Made by a program: the position numbers and the translations under genes. Positions 1-12,230 of a stretch of DNA of 64,000 nucleotides are shown here, in pieces. Numbering within the stretch: position 1 is the first letter of the stretch; the number at the start of each line of letters is the position of its first letter. Origin of the DNA: Felis catus (taxonomy: Eukaryota); assembly GCF_018350175.1 (NCBI RefSeq), contig NC_058368.1, positions 223,078,001 through 223,142,000 on the forward strand. Reading direction: 5' to 3'. Under the pieces are notes generated by a model. The model did no database searches. It was not told the DNA's origin and was given only the letters and a program-made list of their open reading frames with translations.

Positions 1-738
1 ATATATTTTAAATACAGTGCACACACTATCCGTGTGATCAATGTAATATTAAGGAAATGGATGTATTTGAGTCCTAGCAAAGAGAAGCAATCTGGTTTGC
101 CTGAACTGACTTAGGGAAGGTTGAACAACTCTGGGTATTAAGTATGAATTATTGTCTGTTAATTTGCATGTTATTTATGTAGAAATAGTAGCATTTTTCT
201 TTATTTTTTGATTCCTCTTTTACCCTCCCCTCCATTTTCTCCCCTCTTCTTTTTCTTTGTTTTCTATGAAATCTCCATTGAGTTTATAGCCCTGACTTGA
301 ACAGTCTATTAGCTTTTTATTTTAGTCCAAAATGTATATTTAATATGCTTAAGACATATTACTTTTAAAAATTTTGAATACTGTACTGATAACCTGAACT
401 AGGTGAAATTTCAGTGGGATCACTGCCCTCTTCCTGGCTTTGAAGAGTTCCTTTATAGCACTTGAGCCCATGTTGGTATCGCAGTTCCTAATGAGTTGTC
501 TTCATGGGATTCTGCACACTACTACTAAGTCATTTTACTTCACATTTAATGACAGGGTGCTTTGATTATTCAGTGAAACAATATTTTAAATGCATTTTCA
601 ACTTTGCTATTTTAAGGAAGTTCAAGGTAATAAAGCGAGCATAAGCGGCCTGAAGGCCAAATATTAGTAATGATCTATAGAAAGAAAAGGAATAAAAGCC
701 ATGAGGCTGGGGGAGGTTTGAAGGCTGTGTATGATTGT

Positions 739-742
<4 letters not shown>

Positions 743-788
<46 letters not shown>

Positions 789-789
789 T
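743..789. repeat. (TG)n microsatellite
   Basis: Visible tandem TG run. Confidence 0.95.
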
Positions 790-1633
790 ATTTTTTGAAT
801 CTTTTTTTTCTGGAGATACACATACCCTTGGCTGCTTGTTGTACAAAAACATTACAAAAGGTCAGACCTGAACATTTTCTAGTCTGTTGGTTTCTCCTCC
901 AACTGATAAGTTCCTTTCACATCTAAGCTCTTTGTATGTAGACATCTTGACTGCACATTAGGCAGCATTACACCACCAGGACACTAAACTATAAATGCAC
1001 ATGTCAATCCGGCTGCTCTCTTGAATCCTTCCCTCCTCACCTGCTGCCTTACCCGCCCCGCCCCATGGGAGCTAGTGAAGCTGACTGAGCAGAAGTGGTA
1101 AGAGATTAGGTCAGTCTTCCCAGTATTTCAAAAGTTTCACAAAATACATAGAACTGGAAGGTTTTTAACTATGTCCCTGATAAAACTTAAAAACAACAAC
1201 TATGCACAAATATATAGAATGTCCTATTTCTCCATGCACTGGCCAACTTTTAATGATAGAGGATAAAATTTCAACATAATGAGCATACTTACTTTAGACT
1301 ATCGAAGCATTGACATCCCACTTAAAAATGAATAATAATTCCTCAATAATATGTAATTGTAAGATAACATCATAATAGAATTGGTTTTGGTTTTAGTTTT
1401 GAGAGGGGTTCTAAATAAGATATCCAAATATTGAAGCCCATTAATTAAAAAAAAAATTACTAAAATCATGAGTATAGTGATATAATGTAACATCACTGAT
1501 TAAATGCCAATTCACCATATGTTTCTATTTAGTAAGACCTTTTGTAAACAAAACTTTTACTTGTCATTCATCAAAATGGCTGCCATATTTCTAATTATTT
1601 TTTCCAAATTAAAAAAAGTATAACTCTCCCTTC

Positions 1634-1680
1634 CCACTAACAAACAATCACATAAACTATATTCGAAAGAAAGGTTTATT
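1634..1680 (-). terminator. Polyadenylation signal AATAAA (1680-1675) with downstream GU/U-rich element
   Basis: Minus strand reads AATAAAcctttctttcgaatatag-tttatgtgattgtttgttagtggg, a canonical hexamer followed ~20 nt later by a GT/T-rich tract. Confidence 0.6.
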
Positions 1681-1822
1681 TTTTAGACGCACTCTTTCAT
1701 GTTTGGACTTGTATCTTTGGCGTTTCACAGCCGGTAAATCAAAATCCTTGTGGGACCGCTGCCATCCGAGCCCAGGGAAGTGATTTGGAGTGGCCTGAGG
1801 TTCACTGAAGGGGTGTATTCTC

Positions 1823-1898
1823 CTAAGCTCTGCATTGGCAGTTTGCTGTGTCATCAATCTTGTTCAGCTGAACAGCATGACAATTTGTCTGGACAACA
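1823..1898 (-). CDS. Putative terminal coding exon: (C)VVQTNCHAVQLNKIDDTANCQCRA*; 3' UTR continues to ~1658
   Basis: Acceptor ccttttgctatgctttatgtAG|T (AG at 1900-1899). Phase 2 matches the upstream exon ending in TG. TAG stop at 1825-1823, followed by a poly(A) signal. Confidence 0.6.
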
Positions 1899-2700
1899 CT
1901 ACATAAAGCATAGCAAAAGGTTATTGTTAGGTTATGAAGTTTTTCTGACAAGTGCAACATGCCAAGGTTTATACAAGTATAAAACAAACCTTAAGCTCAA
2001 AATTGTTTTCTAAAGGAGTCCTCTAGCTCTATTTTAGAGAGAAATTTTAAAATCTAAGTTTATATACTCCAAGTTTTAGAGATGCACCCTGAACCACAGT
2101 GGTTGCCCACCTAATTTATTTTTATAAGTTTCTGCAATACTATTTTAATGGAGTAGTGAATGCAAAGGAGAGTTAATATCAACCTCAGTGTCAAGGGCAC
2201 AGGAACATAGTTCGATTATTCTTAGTGATAAAGACCTACCACAATTCAAAACATTGGGAATTTAATATATTTGGCATTTTTTGCTAACCATCGCAAATGA
2301 TTTTTACAAAGACATATAACCCATTTTTCATAACTTCTGAAGGAAATCCTACTTTTAGCCTATACCTTTTGTTCTTTATCACAAGGAGATACTATAAAGT
2401 TGATAAAGCCTTATTTAGTACCCCCACCCTCAACTTTTGATATGTAAATATTAAAAAAATATTTTCTTAATGTATATTCCTTGCAGAATATATCTGGAAG
2501 ACAGAAATGTGAACTTGAGAGGTTTGTAAGAATATACTAAAAAAAAAAAAATCAAATACTGAGGCATGTAGTTGAAGTAGCCTGAAGCTATGTGTTGTAT
2601 CCATAAATATTTTCTATCTTTAATTAATCATAATACTTATTGTACTTGCTTTGACAAATTGGTCTGTTCCTATTCTTTTGGACTCTAAAGTCATTAATTA

Positions 2701-2910
2701 GGTTTTTTTAATGTTTATTTATTTATTTTGAGAGAGACAGATAGAAAGCAAGCAGGGAGAGGCAGAGAGAGAAGGAAACATAATCCCAAACAGGCTCCAC
2801 ACCATCAGCATGGAGCCCAATGTGGTGTTCGAACCCACAAACTGTGAGATCATGACTTGAACCAAAATCAAGAGTCGGACACTTAACGGACCGAGCTACC
2901 AACGTGCCCC
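2701..2910 (-). mobile_element. CanSINE (SINEC family)
   Basis: tRNA-derived head, (AG) tract and poly(T) tail. 15-bp TSD TAAAGTCATTAATTA at 2686-2700 and 2911-2925. Confidence 0.93.
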
Positions 2911-5396
2911 TAAAGTCATTAATTAATTTTAATTTACACTAATGTATTTTATTTTTAAAGAAATAATTAGAGATCTTTTGTTCGTTTTGATGTTTGCATT
3001 AACTTTTGTTTTTATAACCTTCTCAATTGATGAAGGTGAAAACAGACAAAAAAGACAATCTAGAGTTGTTTGCTTTTTGTATCTTTTGAAACATCTCAAT
3101 AGAGGCAAGGTCAATTATCTACAACTAACCCCCCCCCCCACACACACACACACAAACACAGACAACAATATTTTTATAAGTCCTGATACACAAGTGTAAA
3201 ATTTAATACTATGTATAATGATATATGTGATGTGTTATATGATATATAATACATACTGACAAATATGTTACAGAGGTAGGTGTTAAACAATATTCTTATA
3301 TAATGGAAAAATCCTAAAGTATATTCCTAGTTTGAGCCTTCTAGAACATAATGGTTTTGATTCCAAGTTGAGAAAGTGTCAGTTTTTTAAAATATTATTT
3401 GTGTCTCTGAAAATAGCACAGTATAGAATAGGTTAATAATACTCTAACACAAAATAAAAGGATTTTTCCATTGTACTTTCACCCAAATTGTTATCAACAC
3501 GGGACACTTTGGCATTGGAGATCTCAGACTTTGGATGCAGTAACAGAGCAGGGTTTTTATGTTGACTGTCTCATCTTAAATTTTGTACAAAACACTTAGC
3601 CTTCTCTTGTGAATAACGAAAGATTTAAAGATTTACATTCTAAGTTTCTTTCAGTTTTTAGTTTTCTCTCTCGACTTAAAATGCTTAGGTCCTATGTCAT
3701 GGCTACGTTCTGTCTCTTTGGAACTATATCAAGGTTTAATGTCCCTTCCAAGGAGCCAAGGGGAAACTGGTCATATCTATGCTTCCTTGCCTTGGCCCAC
3801 ACAGTCCTAAGTCATGATGAAGACAAGCCTGTAGAAGCAAAAGAATCAGTAGTTATGCACTCTTTGTGGATTATGACAAGTTACTGACATCTTTAGCCTC
3901 TGTCTCACCATCAGATTCCTCATCCTGGGGGATACAAATCTGCAAAAGTTCAGGAAACTCTGTGTAAGCAGAAATCAATATCATAGTGTTGCTTCACTAA
4001 TAATGAAAATCATTATAATCAATTTGGATATTTTCTTATTTTCCTGTAAAGGCAAATGATGAGCACAGTTAATATGTATTAAAATAATTTTCCAAAAAAT
4101 GTACATGTATAAAAGATATGTCTATCTTAATGTTCAAGTAACAACAGACTTCACAGTATTTTACCTAAATTGTATAAATTTGCCTAAAGGTTGTTAATTT
4201 CATAGATGCAAAAACCATTGCATTATAACCTATTTAAACATTCTCATGTGGAGTTCTGTACTGCCTATCCTCATTATAGGGTCTTGCATAATTCTACCTG
4301 ATTTGAAAGCACAAATACAACTGTGTGTTGTCCAAAAATAAATGAGACAATGGGTTTTATTGGTACTTATTCTGCAAGGCTCTCCTGTTACTTAGTTTAT
4401 TTTAAACACAGAGACGTTAATTTTGTAACTGTTAATTGGGTCATTACTTCATTATTTGATTGACTTATTTTCAGTAGTACTTAGACATTTTATTTCACTA
4501 TTTTGTCTCAGAAGCCAAAAGCAGTTATTCACAAATCTGTCCACAAGATATTTTCAAAGAGTAGTCAATAGTGGGTCAACGATCAGTTTGAAAACTATAT
4601 TGTGTCTAAGTGCCATCCTGAGCTTTTTAAGGAAAAAATAAAAATCAAAGCACTGAAACATGAGATAGGACATATAGTAAGTATGCACCTATAAGGACTT
4701 AGATATTGTGGAAATAACCCCATTTAAATAGGTGATCCATAATTGAGCAGTCTATATATACGTTAATAACTGCTATTACTATCCTTTCATTCATTACTGG
4801 AGAAGAGCGCTTGGTAAGACCATAGGCAATTAACATAATTTGAGTATCTTGAATGCATTTTGTTCACACCTAAAAAGGCTCTTGTGTTTGAGGCAGGGAC
4901 TATGTGTAAGGTTATTTCTGATTTCTTAAAGGTAAATTCAGCCTAACATTAGTGGTCGTTCTGAAAAAATGCTTTACAATGATATTCTGAGAGATAAATG
5001 GGTTTTACACCCGGTGATACTTTTGCAATTTAAATGGTAGGGTTACCCAGGCATCCACTGAGTCTCAGAAGAAATAACATTTTGGTAAACATAAAGATGA
5101 TCCTGAAAATGATATAAACTACTTAACGCTATCATTTATTTCCCATCTTTTTCCCTCGTCAGTTTTTCACATTTCCCTTTTTTTTGATGCTCTTTATTTT
5201 CTCCTCATTTTTCTGTTTGCAAAAAATGCTATATATTTAGAATCATGGCTACTTTGTTACAATCTTTGTATTATCCTGTTAAATATAAGCTAGCTATGCT
5301 AGCATATACTGATTTATATCCCCTATTCTGGACATTTCTCAATCTTCTAGAATATTTATGTTATTTTTATTTTTCTTTTTTTAAAAGTTTCTTTCT

Positions 5397-5614
5397 GGGG
5401 CGCCTGGGTGGCGCAGTCGGTTAAGCGTCCAACTTCAGCCAGGTCACGATCTCGCAGTCTGTGGGTTCGAGCCCCGCGTCGGGCTCTGGGCTGATGGCTC
5501 AGAGCCTGGAGCCTGCTTCCGATTCTGTGTCTCCCTCTCTCTCTGCCCCTTCCCCGTTCATGCTCTGTCTCTCTCTGTCTCAAAAATAAATAAACGTTAA
5601 AAAAAATTTTAAAA
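5397..5614 (+). mobile_element. Young SINEC_Fc-type SINE
   Basis: GGGGCGCCTGGGTGGCGCAGTCGGTTAAGCGTCC head with intact CpGs, CT tract and A tail. TSD AAAAGTTTCTTTCT at 5383-5396 and 5615-5628. Confidence 0.96.
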
Positions 5615-5663
5615 AAAAGTTTCTTTCTTTTGAAAAAGAGGGGGAGAGAGAGAGAGGGAGAGT

Positions 5664-5810
5664 GAGGAGGAGGAGGAGGAGGAGGAGGAGGAGAAGGAGG
5701 AGGAGGAGGAGGAAGAGGAGGAGGGGGAGGAGGAGGAGAAGGAGGAGGAGGAGAAGGAGGAGGAGGAGGAGGAGGAGGAGGAGGAGGAGGAGGAGGAGGA
5801 GGAGGAGGAG
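5664..5810. repeat. (GAG)n trinucleotide tract with few interruptions
   Basis: About 147 bp purine-only run. Confidence 0.95.
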
Positions 5811-6241
5811 AAAAACAGGGTAGGGGAACAGAGAGAGAATCCCACAGAGCCTCAATGTGGGGCTAGAGCTCACGAACTATGAAATCATGACCTGAGCCAA
5901 AACCAAGAGTCGGTCTTTTAACCCAGGTGCCTCTGATTTTTCTTACAACTAAATATGATTCTTCTGGCCTAGCAGCACCATAATCAAATTCTCTTTATTC
6001 AAAAAATGTTAGGTTCAAAATGTAGTGACATATTGTGTAAGGAATTCTTTGAATTGTTCTCCAGGGGAAATGCATACAAAGTAAAACAGAACATTTTTGG
6101 TATGTATAATAGGGTGGGATAATGTAGTCCCAGCCCCCACCGGAAAAATAAAAGGGGTGAGAAGAAAAAGAAAAATATATTTTGGGGAATGAAAAAGAAA
6201 TATTTGGTCAGGCAACAATGTGCATTTTGCAATTAGCAAAT

Positions 6242-6380
6242 TTTATTTTATTTTATATTTTATTTTATTTTATTCTTTATTTTATTTTATTTTATATCTC
6301 TATAGCTAACATGGGGCTCGAACTCATGACCTAGAGGTTAAGAGTTGCATGCTCTTCCAACTGAGCCAGCCAGCTGGCCT
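6242..6380 (-). mobile_element. Short tRNA-derived SINE (head plus A-rich tail only)
   Basis: ggggctcgaactcatgacc...caactgagccagccag with a (TTTTA)n tail. Near-TSD GCAATT(A/C)GCAAAT on both sides. Confidence 0.85.
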
Positions 6381-7759
6381 GCAATTCGCAAATTTTAAAG
6401 TGTTACTTTCACTTAGGAATATTTCCCTCAAATTTCAGAAGACTGAGTGTACATTTGATGTCAGAATACAGTTAAGAAAAAAATCAACTGACCTTTCAAA
6501 AGGTAGACATGTGAAAATTGTCCAGTGCAAATGAAATGAATTGAATGGAATTATATGCATTCTATAGTGTCAGAAACCACAGCGGAAGCATTACATGGAT
6601 TACGGATTGGTGAACACTAGCTTTTGGATCTTTGTCGTCTATAATGCTTAATATAAATAATAGTTTTTAACTTTTTAGAGTACCCTGAAGTCCTAATGAT
6701 TCTAAAGTTTTTGGTGTATATTTTTTCTACTACGCAGTGGGATAAGCACTGAAAAAAATATGAAGAGCTAATGATTAATTCTTGTCACACTCCTATTAAC
6801 AAAATATAAACATTGTTTCCTGATTCATCATGTGTAAAACAAGCAGCTAGATGATCTCTGATGTCCCTTCAGCCATAACAGTCTACAGATATCTGAAAAT
6901 ATGTTAAATCTTTCTGCCAATATTTCATAGAAATATGTATAGCAGTCAAAATAGAATATGGAGTTAATTTCTAATAATCATAGATGAACTTGTCAAATTT
7001 TCTCATTTACCAGAACAGATGCTACTGTTCAAAGTTTTTTAAAAATATATTTTGATTTCTCTAAAGTTGCAGATCTTTCCAAAACCATTATGACTGTTAA
7101 CATAGAATGTGTGCTCTACCGTTAGGGTGAAATTCATGGGGAATGTTTCTTTTTGGTTAAAGATCATTGATTTGTATTAAAGTGTCATGTCTCTATCCCA
7201 TTCTCTCTCCTTCTCTGGACATTTCTGAGACCTGTGTGTCTTGCAAAGTCCACTTCAGTTGTCACTACAATTAGAGTAGTGTCACAAGGAATATTTCAAA
7301 GGTGTGAATATTCAATCTTCCACTACATTGAAGGTTTCATGCAATTTCCTCCCACAGTGCCCTCAGTGTAACTGAAACTGTCAAGCAATTTTAATTCCAA
7401 ATACACAGTGGAGGAATAACTCCCTTTTAATTGGGCAAAAATTAAAACACACACACACACGCGCGCAAAAAATCCTGAAGGAGAAATTCATGGAGCAGAT
7501 CTCTTAATGTGTCCAGGGCTTCTTTTCATTACAAGCATTTCCCTAATATCCATGCCTCCCTCCGTTTTCAGTTACTGTGTAGTTTTTCTCAAAGATCTTA
7601 CTGTTGCTTCATTGTTCCCCTGGTTCATATTAAGATCTAAGATGAAATGTAGTACTTGAGACAGAAAAATAACAGAGACAACTGTTCTGAAGATTGTGAG
7701 AATTTTGGAACCTGTTACTTCTTAAGTTGGGTATCCTTTGTTTATTTTTGTTAAAATAC

Positions 7760-7828
7760 CAGTTGAATAAGGAGACCGACTCAACTGGCCGTTTACTTTC
7801 TAAGGACACTCTCAGCTCAGGTGTCCGC
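7760..7828 (-). CDS. Putative internal exon (69 nt): (R)RTPELRVSLESKRPVESVSLFN(C)
   Basis: Acceptor tttgcttacttgcAG|G and weak donor CTG|GTATTT. Length is divisible by 3 and the phase 2-2 frame is open. CpGs are retained. Confidence 0.6.
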
Positions 7829-8305
7829 CTGCAAGTAAGCAAATGACTTCTCTAGTTTATCATAGGGAGAGAACCATACCTAAATTCTGAGATCAAGTGG
7901 AATGCAGACGTGGATTATTTAGAAGTATGTTGTACAAGACAATATGTAATATTCTAAAATGTCATTGTGTCTGAGAGAAAACATTTCCAAGAAATGTATG
8001 GGACTAGTGTGCAAATTCCAAAGTCAGTTTAAACAGTTCCATTTTCCAAATAATGAAGAAAACTTACAGGAAAGGGTTGACATATTTGTATTCTCTTCCA
8101 GTTGCTGCACTGTAGAAAAGCCACAGGCTCTCAGATTTCGAATTTAATATTAATATTAGGAAAGGCCAATACATTTTATTTGGTTGTATTTCCATGTGTG
8201 TGTGAATGAAGGAAAATAATAATTCAATCATACAGGTATTGCTTCAGATTTAAAGCATTCCAAGTTCTAAATACATAATTCAGGTGGTTTATTTGTATCT
8301 CCTAC

Positions 8306-8485
8306 CGCTGCATCAGCAAACCTTAAACGACAGGCTGATTAAAAGGAGGTAGATGCCATCATTTTGGGGAGTTACAATTAGAAGAACTGAGTGACAGGCT
8401 CTTGTCTCGGTGTCCTTTCTGTGGCTTATGCCATTTTAACACTTCTCTTGCTAATTTGGGGAGAACTGCAGTGCTCTCAACCACC
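8306..8485 (-). pseudogene. Putative internal exon (180 nt) with two in-frame stops: VVESTAVLPKLAREVLKWHKPQKGHRDKSLSLSSSNCNSPK*WHLPPFNQPVV*GLLMQ(R)
   Basis: Acceptor atatccttccttAG|G and donor GCG|GTAGGA. Phase 2-2 matches both neighbouring exons. TGA at 8361-8359 and TAA at 8325-8323; the other two frames are also closed. Confidence 0.55.
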
Positions 8486-9179
8486 CTAAGGAAGGATATA
8501 GCATCATGTTTCCTGGGATTAAATCTTTAGCTTCTAAATCTTTATGGGCGTTTTCATTTCTGTAGCAACAGAAAAGAAGAAATAATACTACCACATGAAG
8601 TTTAAGAATATTTTCTAGATCTGATGTTCTGATTTGTCTATCGCTCACTATTCGTTCTCAAAGAGCAAATCTCAGAATCTGAGCAAATCTAATGACGGCC
8701 ATGAGTGATTGCACTTTAATTTCAAATCTTCTTTTCATTTTGTATGTGTTTACATAGCTTTAAGAAATTATTATTCTCTAGACAAACCAGGATGAATGAG
8801 CCCATTATACTGGCTCACCCAAGATTTTAGGAAAATGGGAGAAAGAATCTGTTCATTAGCATCGCATGAGCAATGTTCCTTTATTAGAAATTAATATTAA
8901 AAATAGTAAGTATTAAGCACTAGACAAGAATTGGAAAAATAATTATTTTCTATTTGTGTTACAATTGTTATGTTTTTATATACTCTTGTTTTATCTTGTC
9001 TAAGGTATTAAATTATGGAACTTTAAAGAGGTTTAACTGGAAGTAAATATAATAAAAAATCTCCAGTTTATTACTATTTACATTTATGCTCTGAAACTAT
9101 TCAAACTTCTGAATTTATTGCACATATTGGTGGAATAAGGACTTGATCATTCTTCACCAAAATCTCGGTTCAATCTTTT

Positions 9180-9760
9180 ACTTCTCCTTTTTATCAAATC
9201 AGAGATAATATCCTGACAAATTTTTGCTCATATCCTTATAATTTTCTGTTTCAGTTTTACACTCAGTGATGTCAATCTAGTTAAGAGTCATTCAATTTTC
9301 TTTTGGTCACCCATGACCATCTAATTCCCTAATCCAACAGCCTGTTGTTAATTTTTCTCCAAAATGACCAAGGCACATCCTTAAAAGAGTTTTTAACTTT
9401 GACTACCCGAATGCTAACTTCTCACTTCTCTACTCCTCGGTTTGTTGTGCTCTCTTTTCTCATATATCACAAAGCTCTGTCCTTAACCATCTTTTCTTCT
9501 TAGCCATATTCTCCCTGAATGATCTCATTTACTCCAATGACTTGTACTACATTCTCTATTTGAAGACTTCAAATGTTTTTATCCCTGCCCTTAATTCCAG
9601 AATTGCTAAACAATCATTGTAAATAAACCATTTACAAATTCTCTATTTATTGCCCTGATCTCAAATCCAGATAAAAATGGTACTCAGTTACTTCTCCAAA
9701 GCTTGTCTGCATCAATTATCTGCTATTCTGGTGAATGATACTGCATACCCAAACATTATG
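9180..9760 (+). mobile_element. Probable ancient L2 fragment
   Basis: CT-rich decayed sequence with L2-like motifs (ctccctgaatgatctcatttactccaatgactt). Confidence 0.5.
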
Positions 9761-9769
9761 AGAAAGAAA

Positions 9770-9770
<1 letters not shown>

Positions 9771-9819
<49 letters not shown>
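9771..9819. repeat. (CA)n microsatellite
   Basis: Visible tandem AC run. Confidence 0.95.
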
Positions 9820-9822
<3 letters not shown>

Positions 9823-10954
9823 TTCCTAACTTATTTCATCAAGATTTTTTTTTTTTGCTATGCCCCTTCTATTCTAAAAATAATACTTCATTTGGAGTTA
9901 ACATTCACATCATGGAAGAGAACTTTCTTTGAGCCACTGCTATGTGTGTTCCACATATATGTATCATATGTATCATTCATAGTTCTAGATTATTGAAATA
10001 CAGTTGGAAACAGAAAATAAACTTCTCATTTATTTCATTTTCTCATGAGAGTGATAAAAGGGAGAACAGATATGTAAATATCAGAGTAATTTCAAATAAA
10101 TGCTAGGAAGATAATGAAACAAGGTACTGTGATAGATATGAGTAGGAAAGGGGAGAACTTTGCATGAACAAGAGGACTTTCTGAAGAAGTGACACTTAAA
10201 ATTCAAGTATTAGCAGGAGCAATCCAGTCAGTCTCCAAAAAAGCCTCTCAGGTAGAAGGTATAGCACATATCAAGGTCCTGGAGTGGAGTCAATCTTGGC
10301 ATGTTTGGGTAATGGAAATCATGTTTCTCATAACCTGTTTTTGAATAACTAAGAAATGATTGTTTTATAAACCATTGCATCAATAAAATTTTAAAACAAT
10401 GATGAGCAATACTTTGACTAGAACAAGAAAACAAAATCCCCTTTTGTTCCCCATTTATTAGCTCAGTGTAACAGCTCAGGAGCAGTTGTGTGGTAAATGA
10501 CTATTCATAAGACTTTTTGAGTCCAAGTTAATCAGACTGATGAAATTATTTTAGTGAATTTGGTTTTATTTCATACCATGTTTTAGCACCAAAGCTATCA
10601 ATCAAATCCATGAATTGCTAGTTTTTAGTTATTACAATGACAGATATAATCCATTTGTGGCCCGTATGTTTTAATTATGTACTCAATCAAAATTTTTGAG
10701 ATTTGAAGATAATTTTCTAATCAACAATTTGATTAAATGAATTCCCTAACACTATCTTACTTTTGATAATTTTTATTTGAAATAATTTAGTATTCTTTAT
10801 ACTTTAATTTGTTAACATTATAAGCATATGTAAAGTTACAAAAATAGATAACTACAAATTATCACTTCTCAGAAAGAGGAGATATTAATTTTGCAGATGT
10901 CCTTTGGACTTTTTGTTTGAAAAAATAATACAAAACCAAATCCTAGTCCTTTGC

Positions 10955-11213
10955 TTTTATTTATTTTTATTTTTTTTTATTATTTTAGAGAGAGAGAACA
11001 CGAGTAAGGGAGAGGGCAGAAGGACAGAAGGGTGGCAGGGGGGGAGAGAGAGAAAGAGAGAGAGAGAGAGAGAAGGGGGGAGGGAGGGAGGGAAGGAGGG
11101 AAGGAGGGAATGAGAATATATCGCAAGCAGGGCTCGATCCCACAACTTGGGATCAGGACCCAAGCCAAAATCAAGAGTTGGATGCTCAACCAACTGAGCC
11201 ACCCAATCACCCC
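10955..11213 (-). mobile_element. CanSINE
   Basis: Poly(T) tail, AG-rich tract and head gccaaaatcaagagttggatgctcaaccaactgagccaccca. Confidence 0.9.
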
Positions 11214-11301
11214 TACTCCTTTCCTTCTTGTCTATCATTTTCCTCTTAAGAAGTCAGCGTTATTCAGAAGTTGTATCTTTCTTATTCCTGGACATACTTT
11301 T

Positions 11302-11509
11302 TTTAAAAAAAAAATAATGTTTATTTTTGAGAGACAGAGACAGAGAATGAGTAGCGAAGAGACAGAGAGAGTGAGACACAGAATCTGAAGCAGGCTCCAG
11401 GCTCTGAGCTGTCAGCACAGAGCCCGACGCAGGGCTTGAATTCATGAACTGCGAGATCATGACCTGAGCCGAAGGCAGTTGCTTAACTGACTGAGCCACC
11501 CAGCGCCCC
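11302..11509 (-). mobile_element. SINEC_Fc-type SINE
   Basis: Typical body. TSD TCCTGGACATACTTTT flanks both ends. Confidence 0.95.
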
Positions 11510-11749
11510 TCCTGGACATACTTTTATATTCTTACCACATATCTTGTATCCCCAAACACTATATGCTATTGTTTTTGCTGTTTTTTGGTCTTTGCCTTTT
11601 TCCATAGTCCGTAATTCCCTGCCATTTGAAAAATCTATACTCCATTGTATATGTCCCATAAAGTAGAATTAAAACTTTTTTGAAAGCTTGCTATAAAGAA
11701 TGATGCCTTAAAAAGTAACATTCTTTTAAATAAAAAACAGTGCTTTAGA

Positions 11750-12230
11750 AAAAGATGGCAAAACAGGAAGCACTGGGAATCTGTTGTTCCAACTAAATAA
11801 TAATTGTACTGGTAGAATCTATATGATGTAGATATTTTGGGATTCTGGAGTCTGTTGAGAGCTTGCAAATTCCAAAGGAAGGCTTGAACTGTAAAATACA
11901 GTTAATTTAGCTCAATTTCAGCTCTTGGCACCCTAGCACCGACCTATCTCCTCATCTTAGTCCATGGCAGACAGCTGTGAGCATGTTCCTAGAGCAGCTT
12001 GTACCCAGCTATTTGGACACAAAGTGGATAAAAAGGACCCTTCCCTTCATAGATTGGGAATGGATGTTCTAATAACGTTACACTGCTTTAGATCTCAGAT
12101 GCAAAAAGGGACAGGAAGCTATTGTCTTTGTACCAGTCTGCCACTGTTGCAAGTGGGGCTCCTTTTGGTTGAAGTGACTTCCAGGGGACTTAAGGGGCCA
12201 ACACTTTTTTCCCTTCCATTTTTTGTCCTT
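11750..12230 (+). mobile_element. Probable old L1 5'-end fragment
   Basis: Begins with AAGATGGC (YY1-type motif of L1 5' ends), and the following sequence resembles L1M 5' UTRs. Recalled similarity only. Confidence 0.4.

Larger units (their letters stand above)
5355..5932 (-). mobile_element. Older CanSINE with an expanded (GAG)n tract, interrupted by a younger SINE
   Basis: Head motif atcatgacctgagccaaaaccaagagtcgg...acccaggtgcc at 5885-5932; T-rich tail at 5355-5382. Confidence 0.85.

Noticed and set aside
1657..2013. ORF-track ORFs 1657..1857 (-) and 1750..2013 (+)
   Set aside because: They overlap the terminal exon but in another frame or on the other strand, and they have no independent support.
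5580..5873. Poly-Leu and poly-Ser ORFs
   Set aside because: They are translations of the (GAG/CTC)n tract inside a SINE.
6300..6380. tRNA-like sequence
   Set aside because: Degenerate, with an A-rich tail and TSD, so it is a tRNA-derived SINE rather than a functional tRNA gene.
8306..8485. Selenocysteine or stop-recoding explanation for the in-frame stops
   Set aside because: The stops are a mixture of TGA, TAA and TAG, and I saw no SECIS-like hairpin in the short 3' UTR. Ordinary nonsense mutation is simpler.
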